A DNA stretch of 63,279 nt, the filler included, from Reticulomyxa filosa (taxonomy: Eukaryota > Protista > Foraminifera): the NCBI GenBank assembly GCA_000512085.1. It is 22 parts of 22 records of this genome, joined end to end, with 100 filler letters (N's around TTAATTAATTAA, not from the genome) between each part and the next. Parts side by side here need not be neighbours in the genome. Positions count along the whole stretch, not along the records: positions 1 to 2,503 come from ASPP01018866.1; positions 2,604 to 5,751 come from ASPP01034459.1; positions 5,852 to 8,849 come from ASPP01024366.1; positions 8,950 to 11,920 come from ASPP01000286.1; positions 12,021 to 13,132 come from ASPP01001221.1; positions 13,233 to 15,086 come from ASPP01021557.1; 16 more parts are not named here. One strand, 5' to 3'. Shown here one piece after another: positions 1 to 13,802 of the stretch. The notes beneath the pieces were generated by a model that saw only the letters and a program-made list of their open reading frames with translations, was not told the origin of the DNA and searched no databases. The position numbers and the translations under genes were made by a program. Numbering within the stretch: position 1 is the stretch's first letter; the number at the start of each line of letters is the position of its first letter.

Positions 1-99
1 ATTGAAAAGGGTTCAATTACACATTTGTACATGTCAAAAGACAAAATTTTTGTTGACAATTTTTTGCTCTAAAAATCCATCAACCTAAGTAACTTTGTT

Positions 100-520
100 G
101 GCATGTTAAACGTTGCCATTTCCTTGAATAAAGCCTTTTATTGATAGACTCCAAAAAAAAATGGATTATTTTTTTACACTTCAATCAAAAGTAGAGTGGA
201 AAAAACTTCAAGAAAAAAAACTACATTGATTTCCTAGCTCGCTTTTGATTATTTATTTGGAAGGTTATTATGACTGAGGAAAAATTTATTAATTTGCAAT
301 TTAGATTATTATAACTATCATTGAAATATGTAATATTTCTTGAATGTATTAGGATGCAGAAGAGAAACAACCCAACATGAAATGATGATTTCACAAAACT
401 GTTTTTTGTGTATATTTTTTGCTCTGTTTATCATATTCATTCTAAACTTGTTTGTGATAAAACGAATGTCTAATTTTGTCAATTCCAAAATGCAAAATAT
501 TATTGACTAAAACATTTTGG
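100..520 (-). mobile_element. Possible highly decayed Tc1-like transposase fragment
   Basis: The minus strand near 355-405 reads KTVL*NHHFMLGCFSSA, resembling the Tc1 motif TVKHGGGSxMVWGCFS. The rest is riddled with stops and the boundaries are approximate. Confidence 0.25.
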
Positions 521-2373
521 ATAATAATTGAGCAAACATTAATGCAATTTTGGTCTTTTTTTATCGTGTTTATTCATTAAAACTCAAACTAGCTTTTTTG
601 GAGTCGCTCGAATGAATGCAGAGTTTTTTTGGGTGGTCACTCCAATTAATGTAGAGTTTTTTTTGGAGAAGTTACATGTGTGATTATCAATTTTTTTGTA
701 CAACTGTTTTAGTTGCAATGAAATTCATTTTAAACCTGGATTGATGGTTTTGGATCAATTGTATTGATCAATAATTATTTCATTAATTAATTCGAATCCT
801 TGCATTAGTGCATACACTTTGACGAGGGCAATCAAAATATGCCTCTTTTACATGATACTTTGAGTTCTTTCTGTCACTTGCTAGTGCTCACAATTTCACA
901 TGACAATCTGACAAAATGACCATTTGTGGTTTTACTTAACAAATTTTGAATAAAAAGTTTGTTTAAAGACAAAACCATGATTAATACGACTATTCGAATA
1001 AATTGAAAATGCAATTTTTGTTTTTGTGTAATAATTTTCAATGTTAAAATAATGACATAATCATTATTGGCTTATATATCCTAAAATATCTTAAAACTCA
1101 CCTCTTTGTAGTTTTTTTTTGTTATCAATTTTGTTATAAAGGATAGAACCTGATATTTTTGTGTCTCACTTGAAGAAAAAATGTTTTTAGGGATAAAACA
1201 AGTGCAAATATTATGCACTGCCGTAAATGAAAAAATTGGTTAACTTTCGCACGTTAATGCATGGATTAAGTGGCACTGTCAACACATTGATGATATCTTC
1301 GTTTAACTCTTTGCGCAAAAGAACTGGTGCAATGCTCCTTCAATTTTTTGTCTTCGTGGTACCAATGTTGGATATATGTGCTTATCTTTGTTAGTCGATT
1401 CATCAAATTGCTTTGTACTAACAAATCCACCATCAATTGATACGACGGCAATTGCACAAATTACTATTCTATCAATAGTCCGAATCCCTCGCACAACTTA
1501 TCGCTATGGTAATGCCAAAACAAATAGTGTACAATTTGCCATGGGTTAATGATCGCGTGATAGTCGTCGACTGTTTGATACTTCTACCAGGTTTCCATCG
1601 AAACCAACAGACTTGGTAACACTCTTGCATGCGAAAAACGTCTTGCGATTGGCGCGTGTAGTTCATATTATCCACGCGAGTCAGCTCCCTCATGTCCGAG
1701 GACGTCTGTGCTAGCTGGGATAGAGGAGAATTTACGATATGAAAAGGCAAAAGCATTAATATTTGCATACATTCTCCCACAAGATAGAATAAATGTACAT
1801 CATGTAGAACATGCATTTTCGGATTGGTGTAAGCTAGATATGTTCAGTGGTTTTATACTAGAAATATTGCGTAAAATTGACGAATATATCGTATTGGATA
1901 TGGCAGAACACAAACTAAGATAATATTAGAAAAAATAAATGAAGAATCAACAAGAATTAGAAGTAAAGCTGAATAATATAACAGCTAGTATACGCATACT
2001 AAAGTGAACAACAAACAATATTGCAAGAGAAAATAGAAAAGATGCTACTGATAATAGAAATCACACATAAAAGACATGATACGCATGGCATGCACATAAA
2101 ACTACAAAGACTAGAGCCAGAAAGAATAATTATTGACGATATTAAAAAAATAGATATAATACATGAACACCACAAGAAATTATTTCAAGAAAAAAAACTA
2201 GAACATTATGAAAATGACATTGAGATTAGGAATGAAGCTGAAAATATATTAGAAAAAATACAATGCACTACCAGTAGAAACGAAAGAATTCAAATATATA
2301 TGAATAACATTTGATCTGAAAAACTTTCAATGGAGTAAACAGTGCGAAGTACAAATAGTGGCAGAATATAATA

Positions 2374-2503
2374 CAGTAGGTTGCAAAGAAAACTGAACGC
2401 CTAAAACGATATCCTATGATGATAATTGATTTTCTCCATGAAAAATCAACATTTAGACCTAATATCTACAAATCTTGTAGTTTTTAAATATGATATTGGT
2501 TTT
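2374..2503 (+). mobile_element. DNA transposon terminus (TIR), Tc1/mariner-superfamily-like, copy 1
   Basis: TA|CAGTAGGTTGCAAAGAAAACTGAACGCCTAAAACG... runs to the contig end and is near-identical to 8703-8849 and to the reverse complement of 17663-17778. Similarity starts right after a TA. Confidence 0.8.
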
Positions 2504-2603
2504 NNNNNNNNNNNNNNNNNNNNNNNNNNNNNNNNNNNNNNNNNNNNTTAATTAATTAANNNNNNNNNNNNNNNNNNNNNNNNNNNNNNNNNNNNNNNNN
2601 NNN
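2504..2603. other. Artificial contig spacer N44-TTAATTAATTAA-N44 (first of 21; others start at 5752, 8850, 11921, 13133, 15087, 16463, 17563, 29783, 31481, 33077, 34785, 38968, 42679, 45165, 47826, 50861, 52172, 54357, 55901, 61581)
   Basis: Identical 100-bp block each time. The core is palindromic and gives stops in all six frames. Confidence 0.99.
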
Positions 2604-2641
2604 AATATTATATTTTATCAAATATAAATATTAATTCCTGA

Positions 2642-5233
2642 TCACCATTCAACCAAAAACGACAAGTTAGTGACCACGAGAATCGTTGTCACAATCAAGT
2701 ACAAGTTGAAATTGTGTAATCTCAAGTAGAAATTGCACGTGCAGCTGCAAGGAGTACGCTGTTTGAAGCCTTGTACAACTTTGTCCCATATATTGGTATT
2801 TGTCTGCTGTTGGAGTATGCATCCAAAGACTAGATACATTACGGCGACAAAACTGACAATTCCTTTCAACAAGGTGACTGTCCAATTGCTAATGACAAAC
2901 ACAGAGTATATGTATTTGATCGAGGTTCTAGTAGTAGCTTTGGATATTTTCATTATTTTATAATTCGACTCCACATGAAATCTCCTCTCACAATACATGG
3001 CCTTGCACGATCATGACAAGAGTCGAAATCCAGTAATGTATATCTTGTTTGTGCAATCAAGTTTTTAATTTTTTTCAAATTGGTGAGGAACATAGTAGAA
3101 CAAAAAAAAACAAACGTGTAATTCAAGTATTTTTTTTTTAGGAGTGTATGTGCAGTTTTTAAATATTATTTGGATGATTCCATCTTTTAAAAATTTTAAT
3201 CTTTTATTATTTCTTTAGAAAACTTTTCAAATTTTGGATTTCTTGCTTACTTTTAAATTCTTGGAAAAAGTTGACACTCCGGTTTTTTGATAATGTTTAG
3301 AAATATATTTGCTTAATTTGATGTTATCTTTTGTATTTCATTATTGTGTTTCAGTATATAATTTTTTATCGATCGTATCCTTATAAAAGCTTAGAAGTGA
3401 TAACGATAGCAGTACAAAACCTCCAACACAAAAACAACCAACACCCAAAGAAAGCGAAGCTAAGTTTCGTTATTTTGATACACGCCAGAACTCCACCATA
3501 TGTGATGAAAAGGATAATGAGGACAAGGAAGCACAAATATAGAGCAGCCCAGGTTTGTCTATGTAATTGTCAGCCTTACTAAACTCAGAAAAAGAAATGG
3601 GCAATCCAATGGCTTCACAAAAAAAGAACAAGAAAGTAAAAAAGGTTTTCTTCGACTAATTTCATTTCAATCTTGTTTTTGAGTCAATGTTGACGTTGTA
3701 GATGTTGCTATTTGACACGATTTGGTCATGGTGGCTCGTCTCTTTTGATGTTTATTCAATTTGTTTTTTATCGAGCCAGGCGAAGATAACTACTTGTACT
3801 ACAAAATCTACGACTATAAATTAAAATGATGTTGAAATTGGGCAATGCTGTATTCTGGCTGCAGTGTAGACTTGTGACTGTGAAGACTTGAAGTAACGAT
3901 TTGTAAAATTTGCCATTATTTTTTGTATTGTATTTCAGAAAATAAAATTTTACTTCGGCGTTACTTTTTAATGTGTTAAACAATTGTGAATATTTTTAAT
4001 TGCTGCATATAAAACGCACCACGATGATTGTTTGCAAAACAAATTAAAAAAATATCCGCAGCAATAGCAATAGCGATGGCAAAAAAGATAACAAATATTA
4101 TCCAAAAGCTACAGAAAATGCTCGAATTTTTATACACCCAACACAACCTCCGATAGTGACTGAAAGGATAATGATAATAAGAAGGATCAAAAATGCAACC
4201 GCAACTAAAGAATGTCAGGAAGATTTGAATGAGATCATACAATTACAGATCTCGACCAACACCATCAGCGATCCAATTATACAAAAATATTAAATTGGCA
4301 ATAACGATGATCACTGTGAGAATTAAAAAGATAAGGAAGTCGCTACATTTTCATGATCCAACTGCTGGAAATGCATATAAACTGGTTTTTCTTGCAATTA
4401 CAACAGTACAACATTTTTGCCTACACTCCATATGTCGATACTTGAATCGGTCGTACTCATGTTTGATGTTCACATTGGTGCTGACGTTTTTATTTAAGTT
4501 AATGTGCGCCTTGTGTTGTACATTCGGACGTTCTCCAATTGTAAATGCCTAATTCGAGCGAGTAATTTGTAATCTCAAATTGCTTGAGTAAAAATAGTCC
4601 TAATTTTTCTTGCTATTATAATAGCCATATTTATTATTATCATTGTTGTGATTAATTAAACGATTCGACTATTCCAATGTATTCCTCTTCGCATTGTACC
4701 CTTCCTTTTTCTCTAGTTCAAATTCTACTTCAATGTTGTCTGCCAGTAGGTACTCTTCGTTTGCGTGCATCATCGCTTCCACATGTATTGATACTTCTGT
4801 CGCTGTCGGGTTCTTTTTTTTTTTTACACCCTCTAATTAATATAAGGAAAACACATCATGTGGCTCTTTATTTTTTTTTTTTGTAAAGATATTTTTTTAA
4901 CTGTGCGCTCAGATTGTTGTGATTGAACAACTCCGACATTTGAAAATATTTTCTATATTTTTCAAACGTATCCAACATAAAGTCCAAAGTTGTTTTTTTT
5001 GGACCAGTTTATTGATTTAGATACTCCTTTTAATTGCAAAAAAAACAAACAAACGAAACAATTTCGGCAGGATTTTTTTTTGTAGTTGGTTCGTGTATTA
5101 GTTCAGGAACTGACACTTTAGACGAACTCTCATCACCAGAGACAACTCCCTCCGCGGGAGAAGGCAGTTGCGTGTCATCTGCAGCCTGAATAAGGACTTC
5201 TAATGAGTATTCTACTGCTACTTCGGCTCTCAT
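2642..5233 (-). pseudogene. Decayed multi-pass membrane protein gene
   Basis: A coding-like frame with hydrophobic segments (FLIFLILTVIIVIANLIFLY; FWIIFVIFFAIAIAIAADIF) is interrupted by in-frame stops around 4230-4360. Boundaries are approximate and the family was not recognised. Confidence 0.35.
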
Positions 5234-6204
5234 GTGTAAAAAAACAAAAATCTTGGTAATCCTTACGTACGTTTTTTTTTTGTGACGTCAACATGTAAAA
5301 AAAGGTCCTTTGTCTTTGTATCCTCGTTAATGTTATGCCAATTTTATTTTTGAAAACTGTTCACTAAATATTTGTAATTTCTATATTTTAAAAAAGAATT
5401 GTAATAGTACTGTCGTAACAATCAATACAAAAAATATTGTAAAAAATTTACTGAACAAAACCTTTTTTGACCTTCAAACCTTCAAGCGCTTCAGATTTGT
5501 TCCTCACTGTTATTAATTGAAATCCAAGTTGAGAGAGGGGATAATGTGCAAGACACATGAAAATGCGAGTGAAATTGCCCACGCAACGACCAACCTGCAA
5601 AGACAAGCGAGTTTGGAGGGCAATACAAACGAAGAACAGATTGCAAACGAAAAAGAACGAATGCTCCAATGTCCAACCAAGAGGTAAGTGAGAAATATTT
5701 TGTAGTTGATGTCTATTTAATACTATTATACATACATATTTTCTTTTGAAANNNNNNNNNNNNNNNNNNNNNNNNNNNNNNNNNNNNNNNNNNNNTTAAT
5801 TAATTAANNNNNNNNNNNNNNNNNNNNNNNNNNNNNNNNNNNNNNNNNNNNCCTTTTTTTTTTGCAACTAGTCCACATCATACAAATATTTTTTTTCCGA
5901 GAAACAACATGTCACAAAGCTTTTGTCATTTACATAAAGTAAAAAAAGCGCCCATTGCAAAATTTTCATCCAACTTTTGTCAATTGGAATAATGGGACAT
6001 TCAATTACATAAGCGAATGTACAAATACACCATAGAAGACAAAAGCCGACTAAATATCGATCATGTCCGACTTAAAAATACAATAATGTATTCTCTGAGG
6101 AAGTTGCTCTTCCTCTTTATTTGTCTTTTGTGTCAAGGAGAAAGTTCAAGCAAACTGAGTGAACGACCTATGAGCTGGGAGCAGCAAAAAAAAAAACGAC
6201 CATT

Positions 6205-7568
6205 ATGATCAATCGATCAAATAAACGCCGAAAAGTAGTTTCAAAAGAGATTACTGACACGAAGGATACAGTACCAGTGAACAAGCTAACAGTTCCACCA
6301 ATAACAACAGAAAAAGAATGGAACAAGTTTTTGGAGAGCCGTTTTAAAGACGAAACACAAATAGATGATGAAGCAGAGGGAAATCAACAAATTTGGTGGA
6401 AAGGAGACTGGAAGCCACCAGAAATAAAAGTAAATTGGGAACAAGGACCAATTGGTCAAATAAAGAACTGGTGGGAAGAAGATGAATCATTGCAAAAGAT
6501 TATATATGCGAAAAAAGCAGAAGACAAAGAAACGGAAGAAAACAAAAAAAAGAAAATGTCTGCGAATGACCGTATTCGTGAAAAAAAAAAGAAGGAGCAA
6601 TTACAAGCAATAAAAAAAGATGTTACAAAAGAGCTGAAAAGACAGCAATTGGAAAAGCAGCTGCGAAAAAGAATAGAAGAAGGAAAAGTGGTTAAATCGA
6701 TTGCGGAAATAAGTGATCAGAATAATAATGAAAGTGATGCTTTTGTCTCCTTTTTTGAAGGTGCGTTGGGGTATGACCCTACTAAGAATCCACTTCAAAA
6801 AAATGAATCTTCTTCCCTTGACAAATCGCAACAGAAGGCCAAAGGCAAAAAAAAAGCGGTGATGATGATAACGATGATGACGAGAACAATGATGAGGATG
6901 GCAAAGGCCTTGGGAACAAAGGGAAAACCAAAGAGGAGGAAGAAGAAATAAAACTACAAAAAAAGATATACCTTAAACAACAACGAAAACTGAGAAAGCC
7001 TGTTTTCAAAACCATTGCTTCTTTTGAAAATGATTCTCTTTTTTTTATTGACAACTCGGATGATGTTTCTTCCTCACAATTTCATGATCCTATCTCTAAC
7101 CAATCGTTACTTGATTTCATTGAGTCCGACAATGGCCCAATTGCCAGCACCAATGTCAATGACAGTAATATAACGAAAAGTCACAACAATAATGCCAAAT
7201 CTAATTCTCTTGCTTCAAACCATGCGAGTACGAAAAACACTCCTTCTTCCGCAGCAAATACAACTGAAATGCGCATAAGTTCCGAAAATCTATTGACTGG
7301 CATTTTGCCAAATGAAAAGCGAAATGAAAAGAAGCTCTTGAAAAAGTTAAATATTATGGATTATGTCATTCGGTATCGAGATGATTTTTATCGCGAAATT
7401 GAAGAACTACAAATCAACAGAGATTCTTTAGTTCAGAATTGGCGATCCATCAAACAGCATAGCTCGCTCTCTAGAAAACTTAAAAAAAAATTGGGTATTA
7501 TCATGGCGAGATATCGCCTGATAAATTACAAGAAGTCTGATGATGTCGGTCGCTTTTTGGATTATTGA
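6205..7568 (+). CDS. Hypothetical charged/coiled-coil protein (~450 aa) with one frameshift in an A9 run at 6847-6855
   Basis: ORF 6205-6951 plus a second frame open from 6855 (SGDDDNDDDEN...) straight through the 7269-7568 ORF with no stop. Confidence 0.7.
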
Positions 7569-8345
7569 ATTGTCTATTCTTCTCTTGTCTTTGTTTCATT
7601 TCATTTACAAATCATTTTTATCCACGATTTCAATCGTGACTTGATCTTTATCATTGTTTACTTATTAATCACGTTTTATGTCTCACTAAAATCTCATATA
7701 GTTTTTACGAAAACTAAAGACAAATAAAAAAATTGGACAAAAAAGTATTGATAAATATTTTTGATGTGAAGAAAATGTTTCGAATGTATTCGAAGTTGTG
7801 GAAAATTGGAAACATTTGAAAAACTTGAAATGTAATAGTGTTAAAGTCAACATTTCGAGCAGTAAAAAGGATTGGAAGAGATATGAATGAACTACACAAG
7901 GACAGAATATTTTCAAATATTTTTTTCAGCGAGTTTGGAGCACATTTTAACATATCATTTCATATGTTGATGACAAAAAACATGAATCTTGAAAAGAGCA
8001 AGTCACATAATAAAAAAACTTAACTAACAGAAAAAAGGTCGAAGAAACAAAAGATATTTTCAAATGGCAAATTTGACAATTTTTGATGAGCATACTTACA
8101 CAAACGATTCAAATCATCGCTTTTTTTTTAAATGATGAAAGATATTCTTTTCTGACAAACAACGCATTGGAAACGATTTATATTCGTCATGCAAATCATT
8201 CAACAGCATCATTTGTCATATACTTTACACTACATTCATTTCAAGTATTTTACCAATATCTTGGCGAACATTACATATATATTGTAAGCAGAACAAATTA
8301 AGCGTTTTATTTGAAAAAAATAAAATAAAAAGAAAGTATACAAAA

Positions 8346-8428
8346 AGACGGATGTGGGATTCGAACACAAATCACCGATGAGACTCTTGCTTGTGCAAGT
8401 CGCACAATATATAGCTCCAGCTAACGTT
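8346..8428 (-). pseudogene. Degenerate tRNA-like sequence (type II length), tRNA pseudogene or SINE head
   Basis: The minus strand has GTTCGAATCCCACATCCGTC (T-loop/B-box plus 3' acceptor strand) followed by TTTTT, and a weak A-box (TAGCTGGAG) about 70 nt upstream. The stems are mismatched. Confidence 0.4.
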
Positions 8429-8702
8429 TATATTATAGCAGACTATATACCAAATGGCATGGTAGAGTATATTGCAAACGTGAGTGTTAGCTATAACATC
8501 ATTGTTGCAGCCATCATGTACAACACAATCTGCATGTTTACTGCATGGATCACTACAAGTACCCAACTAACGTATCTACAAGTGCAGTGTCTGATCATTA
8601 ATGACACACAAGCAAGAATCTCTGTGAGGGCTTTACATTAAGTTACGCAACCTATAGTTTCATTCAACATTATTTAAAAAAACAATTAATTATTTATTTA
8701 TA

Positions 8703-8849
8703 CAGTAGGTTGCAAAGAAAACTGAACGCATAAAACATATCTTATGATGATAATTGATTTTCTCAATGAAAAATCAACATTTAGACCTAATTTTTTTAAA
8801 AAAAAATCTACAAGTCTTGTAGTTTTTAAATATGAAATTGGTTTTTTAA
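8703..8849 (+). mobile_element. DNA transposon terminus (TIR), copy 2
   Basis: TA|CAGTAGGTTGCAAAGAAAACTGAACGC... runs to the contig end and matches copy 1. Confidence 0.8.
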
Positions 8850-9772
8850 NNNNNNNNNNNNNNNNNNNNNNNNNNNNNNNNNNNNNNNNNNNNTTAATTA
8901 ATTAANNNNNNNNNNNNNNNNNNNNNNNNNNNNNNNNNNNNNNNNNNNNTTGTTCTTTGCATATCGTATTTTAAAAACAAAACAAAAAGAAAAGCATTGA
9001 AAACAATTGTCAGATTCATCTTTTTTTTCGCTTATTTTTTATCGTGTCAACTTAAACCACAACAAATCAGAAAACAAACTTCATTTGTTCGTGGAACTTG
9101 ATGGACACTACCTCAATATTCATTTTAAGTTTCTTTTTCTCTTTTGCTTATGTTAAAATACAACACTAGTGGAGTGCAAAATAAAATACAGATTTAATGT
9201 TATCTATATATCAAAATTTAAAGCGATAAAACAAAAAAAGAAAAAAAAATTAAACGTAAAAATAATGTAAAAAAATATAAATTTCACTTTTGGTTGGTTG
9301 TTCTTTGGTGGACCAAAGCTATCTTGCATTATATATGTGCAATGCTGTTGTATTTTGTTGATTACTATGTAAATCATTGTAATTTCAGTACTGGTTACGA
9401 TGTTTTTTCTTTTTTTTAACTGGAATATCAATAATACAATATTCTCTCGTAAAAAAAAATATATGCAATAAAGTGGTTTTTTGAAATGTTATTAATTAGA
9501 ACGCTTGGTGACAGTTATTTTGTCACAAAGGTACATGAATTAACAGTTAAATGACAACTGTATGAAAATAAGCAAAAATACGTAAATCACAAAAATGTCA
9601 CAAACATTCATACAAGCAATAAGCTTAGTACGTGCCCAAAACTAGTCGTAATAATTCTCTAAAAATTCCAAAGCACATTGGTTTTCTTGGTTTTTCTTCA
9701 TTTTCAAACCAGAATTTACTATCACACAGAAAACTCTAAATGAATCCAGCGTTTTGTCCAAATCGATATCTT

Positions 9773-11920
9773 TCAAGTATTCCCTTCATCTCCAACTTCA
9801 AAACTATCACCCAAATTTATTTGTGTCTTTATCTCAATAAATTTGAACAGCTTAATTTTTATTTTGGAGGATTTGCTGCAATCCTCTCACGATCAAAATG
9901 ATAGCAAACACAAGCAACAATTCAACCGAATTGGTGAAAAACAAATTAATCCCTGAAACAAAGGGAATTAAAAAAATAAATAATGAAAGTCAAGCTAAAA
10001 TCAATATTTCCTTGCCCTCCACATAACGAAGAAAATGTTTCCCTTTTTCAACAAGACACCACTCAAAGTTGCTATCGATTAACAGCGAACCGAAATTTTC
10101 GATCATATTCTTCTGTTAATGTTTACCTCTCATTTTTGTCAAATGAACAGATTTATTAAAAACATTAAAGAATGAAAAAAAAAAAAACAAACGAAACAAA
10201 TAAACAAACAAAAAAAACTTGATATAAAGAATACAAATGAATAGTGGTATGAGCGCGTTACAACTCTTGTTGATGAGATGACTTAAAGTGCTGATCAGTA
10301 ACATAATTGAATGGAGATACAAAGTCGTGAGCCTCGTTGTGATGGAGCCGCGAAAGTGAGAGTGTGGCAGTTATACTCTGTGAAGATCCTGATGGAGGAG
10401 AAAAGGAGTTGGACATGGTTACATTGGTTGCATGTCCAATCCAGTCGTGAGACTGATTGGTCGTTCGATTAGATGGAAATGAGGGATTGGATTTGGATTG
10501 GGCGTGTGAATGAGAACGGGGATGGACATGCAAATGTGAAGATGGATGTGAGTGTATAAGATTGTTGTGATGAACTGGAGAAGGAGAAAAGGAAGACGGT
10601 GAGAGAGATGAAACCGACAACGACTGAGGCACAAATGACTCGTTATTATGTTTTGATGGCTTGGAATGTAACGATAGTTTGGAGTGATTTTGTAAATGCC
10701 CCTTTTCGATATTTTCTGATGGTTCCATGGAATGATGATGTTTGGGATGCTTTTTTTCATTATATCGAGGATGTTCGTGCCCTTTTTCCTGCCTTTCTTC
10801 CTCTTTTATCCCCTCTTTGTCTTTTTCTTTCTTTTGTTTCTTTTTTGCCTTGTTCCGTTCTTTTGTCTCATTTCCACGATTTTCCTGAAACAAATTCGTA
10901 TTAATGTGATCCTCTGCATTCATTTTGCGCTTTCTCGTGTTTTCATGAGCCTTCGATTGTTTTTGTGATCCATGTGATGAAGATGGAATCGAGTTCGAAG
11001 AGACTTCGTGGAAAATGAAGCGTACACTGACTTGGAAGTTCCTCTGTTGTTTCCGTCGTCTTTGGATAACAAATTAGTATTAATTGTGGAAGGGATTTCA
11101 TCTAATTTTTGATTGTAATTATATCTTTGTTTAAGTTTATGTTTGTGGTTATGGTTGTGATTGTGATTATGATTATGATTATGATTATGATTATGATTAT
11201 GATTATGATGATTGTGATGATTATGATTGTGGTTATGGTTATTATTATGATTATGATTAGAGTTGTGATTGTAATTGAAACGATTAATAGCATGATTATT
11301 GGACACTTCATTGTCTAAGCTATTATTTGAAGGATTCAAGGGTGCAAGAGGCACTTCCATGTTTTGAGGGGCATAATATTCGTAGGGTAATTGAGTGGCA
11401 GATTCTTGTCCGCTGTTCCCATTGCCTTTGCATATGACCAATGATAAGTGCAAACCACACAATCAAAACCAAGAAAATCACGTGTGTATTTGGCTTATTT
11501 CGGTTTGGAGTAATTACATACCTAGCGTAGACGCAAAGGGGGCGGAAAAGGCCAAGTGATTGACTGGAGTCGGCGTCATACCAGTTGAAATATTGCGTTT
11601 GTTGGTGGACGTTTTCCACATTCCATTGGTAACGCTGGTCAGCGGACTGACAAATTGGTTTGGAAGAGTGACGTGGAGAGGATGTTCTTGTGCTTCTGTT
11701 GGGGACCTTCGGATAGGCGTTTTCGACACATTGGCTTCGCCACTCCTCATAGTGACAGACAGCTTTATCGATGAGTCGTTCTTTTCATCGGCCAATTTTG
11801 GTATATTTGCCCTTGTTACATTCGTTGAAAGAGAGGCAGTTGGGGAACAAGAAAGGCCATTGTTATTGCTATAATCGCTGCTATTGCCATTGATAGGGAT
11901 GCTGTTGTCAGTATCATTGA
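9773..11920 (-). CDS. Hypothetical multi-exon low-complexity protein (Asn-His repeat, His/Ser-rich), 5' truncated
   Basis: Co-oriented ORFs 11514-11795, 10920-11462 and 10258-10923. (NH)n tract at about 11150-11270. Frame switch at about 10920 in an A-run. The 3' end is tentative. Confidence 0.6.
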
Positions 11921-12020
11921 NNNNNNNNNNNNNNNNNNNNNNNNNNNNNNNNNNNNNNNNNNNNTTAATTAATTAANNNNNNNNNNNNNNNNNNNNNNNN
12001 NNNNNNNNNNNNNNNNNNNN

Positions 12021-13111
12021 GAAGTGTTAAGCTCGAAACAACCAGAAGACATAGAAATGGACCCTTCTTCGAAATATCAGTCGACGGATAGATTGAACGT
12101 GATGACAAAATTGCGCAAGATGATAAGTTTGAATCATCAGTTCACCATCATTGTAGCGTAAATTTGTAAGAAGATAACCAGTTTAATATCCAAGTATTTG
12201 GCGTCATAGCACACGCGTGCTGCATGATCGAAGCTGTATTTGTTCATCAACATTTATTTACCGTGTTTATGAATAAATAAATATTTTTGGATACCCAAAC
12301 TTGAAACTGACTCGTGGTTTTGTCTTTAGGCAAAACACAATCGCCCACTTCGAAAAATACTTCTTCATTATGATTGCTGTTCTCCAATTGTAACAAACAA
12401 GCCATGACCTTCTGTTGAATTCGTCCAATTCAATGATAAACCTATCGTCTTCCCCAAAATGGAATTTTTCAATGTATTTGATCACACCTACAAAAAGTCA
12501 ACCTGGAATACTCAGAAATTATAATTTTATCTAAATATTTTTGTTTACAATGTAATAAGTCGCTTTTTTTGTGGTGCTGCTGAAAATTTACACGCCAAAT
12601 ATCATTAGGTTGATTATGTATACATTTACATGTGGTTTCTCGACATTTTTCCCATTGGATAATTCCAAAAAAGAGGCACTTTTCAACTTCAATCATTGAC
12701 AATTTTGTTATGCCTTGTTTTTCAGAATCCTTTTTTATAAGATAACAAATGTTTTGAATAGCCAATGTATTAAAATATTAAATTTCAAATATTTTGAAAT
12801 GAGATTGGTCGCAATGAAGTGATAAACAATACATAAAAATATGACCTTGTTAAACAGATTGAATGAGACAGCAAAAAAATTGATATCCTCTCTTGACTGT
12901 GAAGATAGGTGTACAACGTCAACCTGAATGCTGCCAATGTAAGGAGAGACCACAATAGGCAAGCGTATTTGTTTTGGCTGTGACGATAGCATCTTTTTTT
13001 CGAATGGTATTGTTGCTTTAGATACGCACTGGTTGTTTTCTTTCTTTTTCGGCAGCTGTTACATTTTGCAGGGAGAGCATTGGTGAAAGAACTCTCAAGA
13101 ACGAGTTCCAT
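12021..13111 (-). pseudogene. Fragmented coding-like sequence, unknown family
   Basis: A chain of short overlapping minus-strand ORFs in shifting frames with no motif recognised. Confidence 0.3.
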
Positions 13112-13802
13112 GTTGTAGAAGTTTGCTTTGTTNNNNNNNNNNNNNNNNNNNNNNNNNNNNNNNNNNNNNNNNNNNNTTAATTAATTAANNNNNNNNNNNN
13201 NNNNNNNNNNNNNNNNNNNNNNNNNNNNNNNNAAAAAAAAAAGAAGTTTTAAAGTTATCGGTAATGTTATTTTGTTTTGTTTTGTTTTTTTTTACAATCG
13301 AGAGTGCACACACATCAGTGTACCTAGGGAGGGGTTAAGACGTAAATGAGGAAGAAAAGGAGAGATTTTGTTTTGTGGGTTTGTTTGTTGTTTTTTTCCC
13401 ATTTCTTTCCTCCTTTTTTTCTTTTTTTTGTTTTGGACAATCGTGTTATTTTGGACAACTTTCTTTCGTGAGCCTTTCATTTTTTTTTGTCACTTTTTTT
13501 TGTTGTTTGTTTGTTCTCTCTTTCTTTAATCTTTTTTTAATTTTTTTTAATGTCCAGTGGGCCTTTATTTTTTTTACCTTTTCCCGCTTCAAATCCTAAC
13601 ATTACCAGTAATGTAAGATCTTTGCAAAACTGAAAATACAGCATCTAAAAACATTTAAAAGCGACGTAAATTTGTCCTTTTTTTTCTCCCTTGTGCATCG
13701 TGTGGTCACTTTTATTAGTGAACTCAGTGGCAAAAGTAGCTCTTTTTCCACTCTGTCGTTTTTTTATTTGAGCAAAAACTAAATTTATTTCACATATTGC
13801 AA

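Noticed and set aside
1266-2340. Short ORFs upstream of TIR copy 1
   Set aside because: No recognisable motif and broken frames. Possibly a decayed element.
2548-2559. Recurring palindrome TTAATTAATTAA as a biological repeat or CRISPR-like array
   Set aside because: It is always centred in N-runs of fixed length, so it is a concatenation linker.
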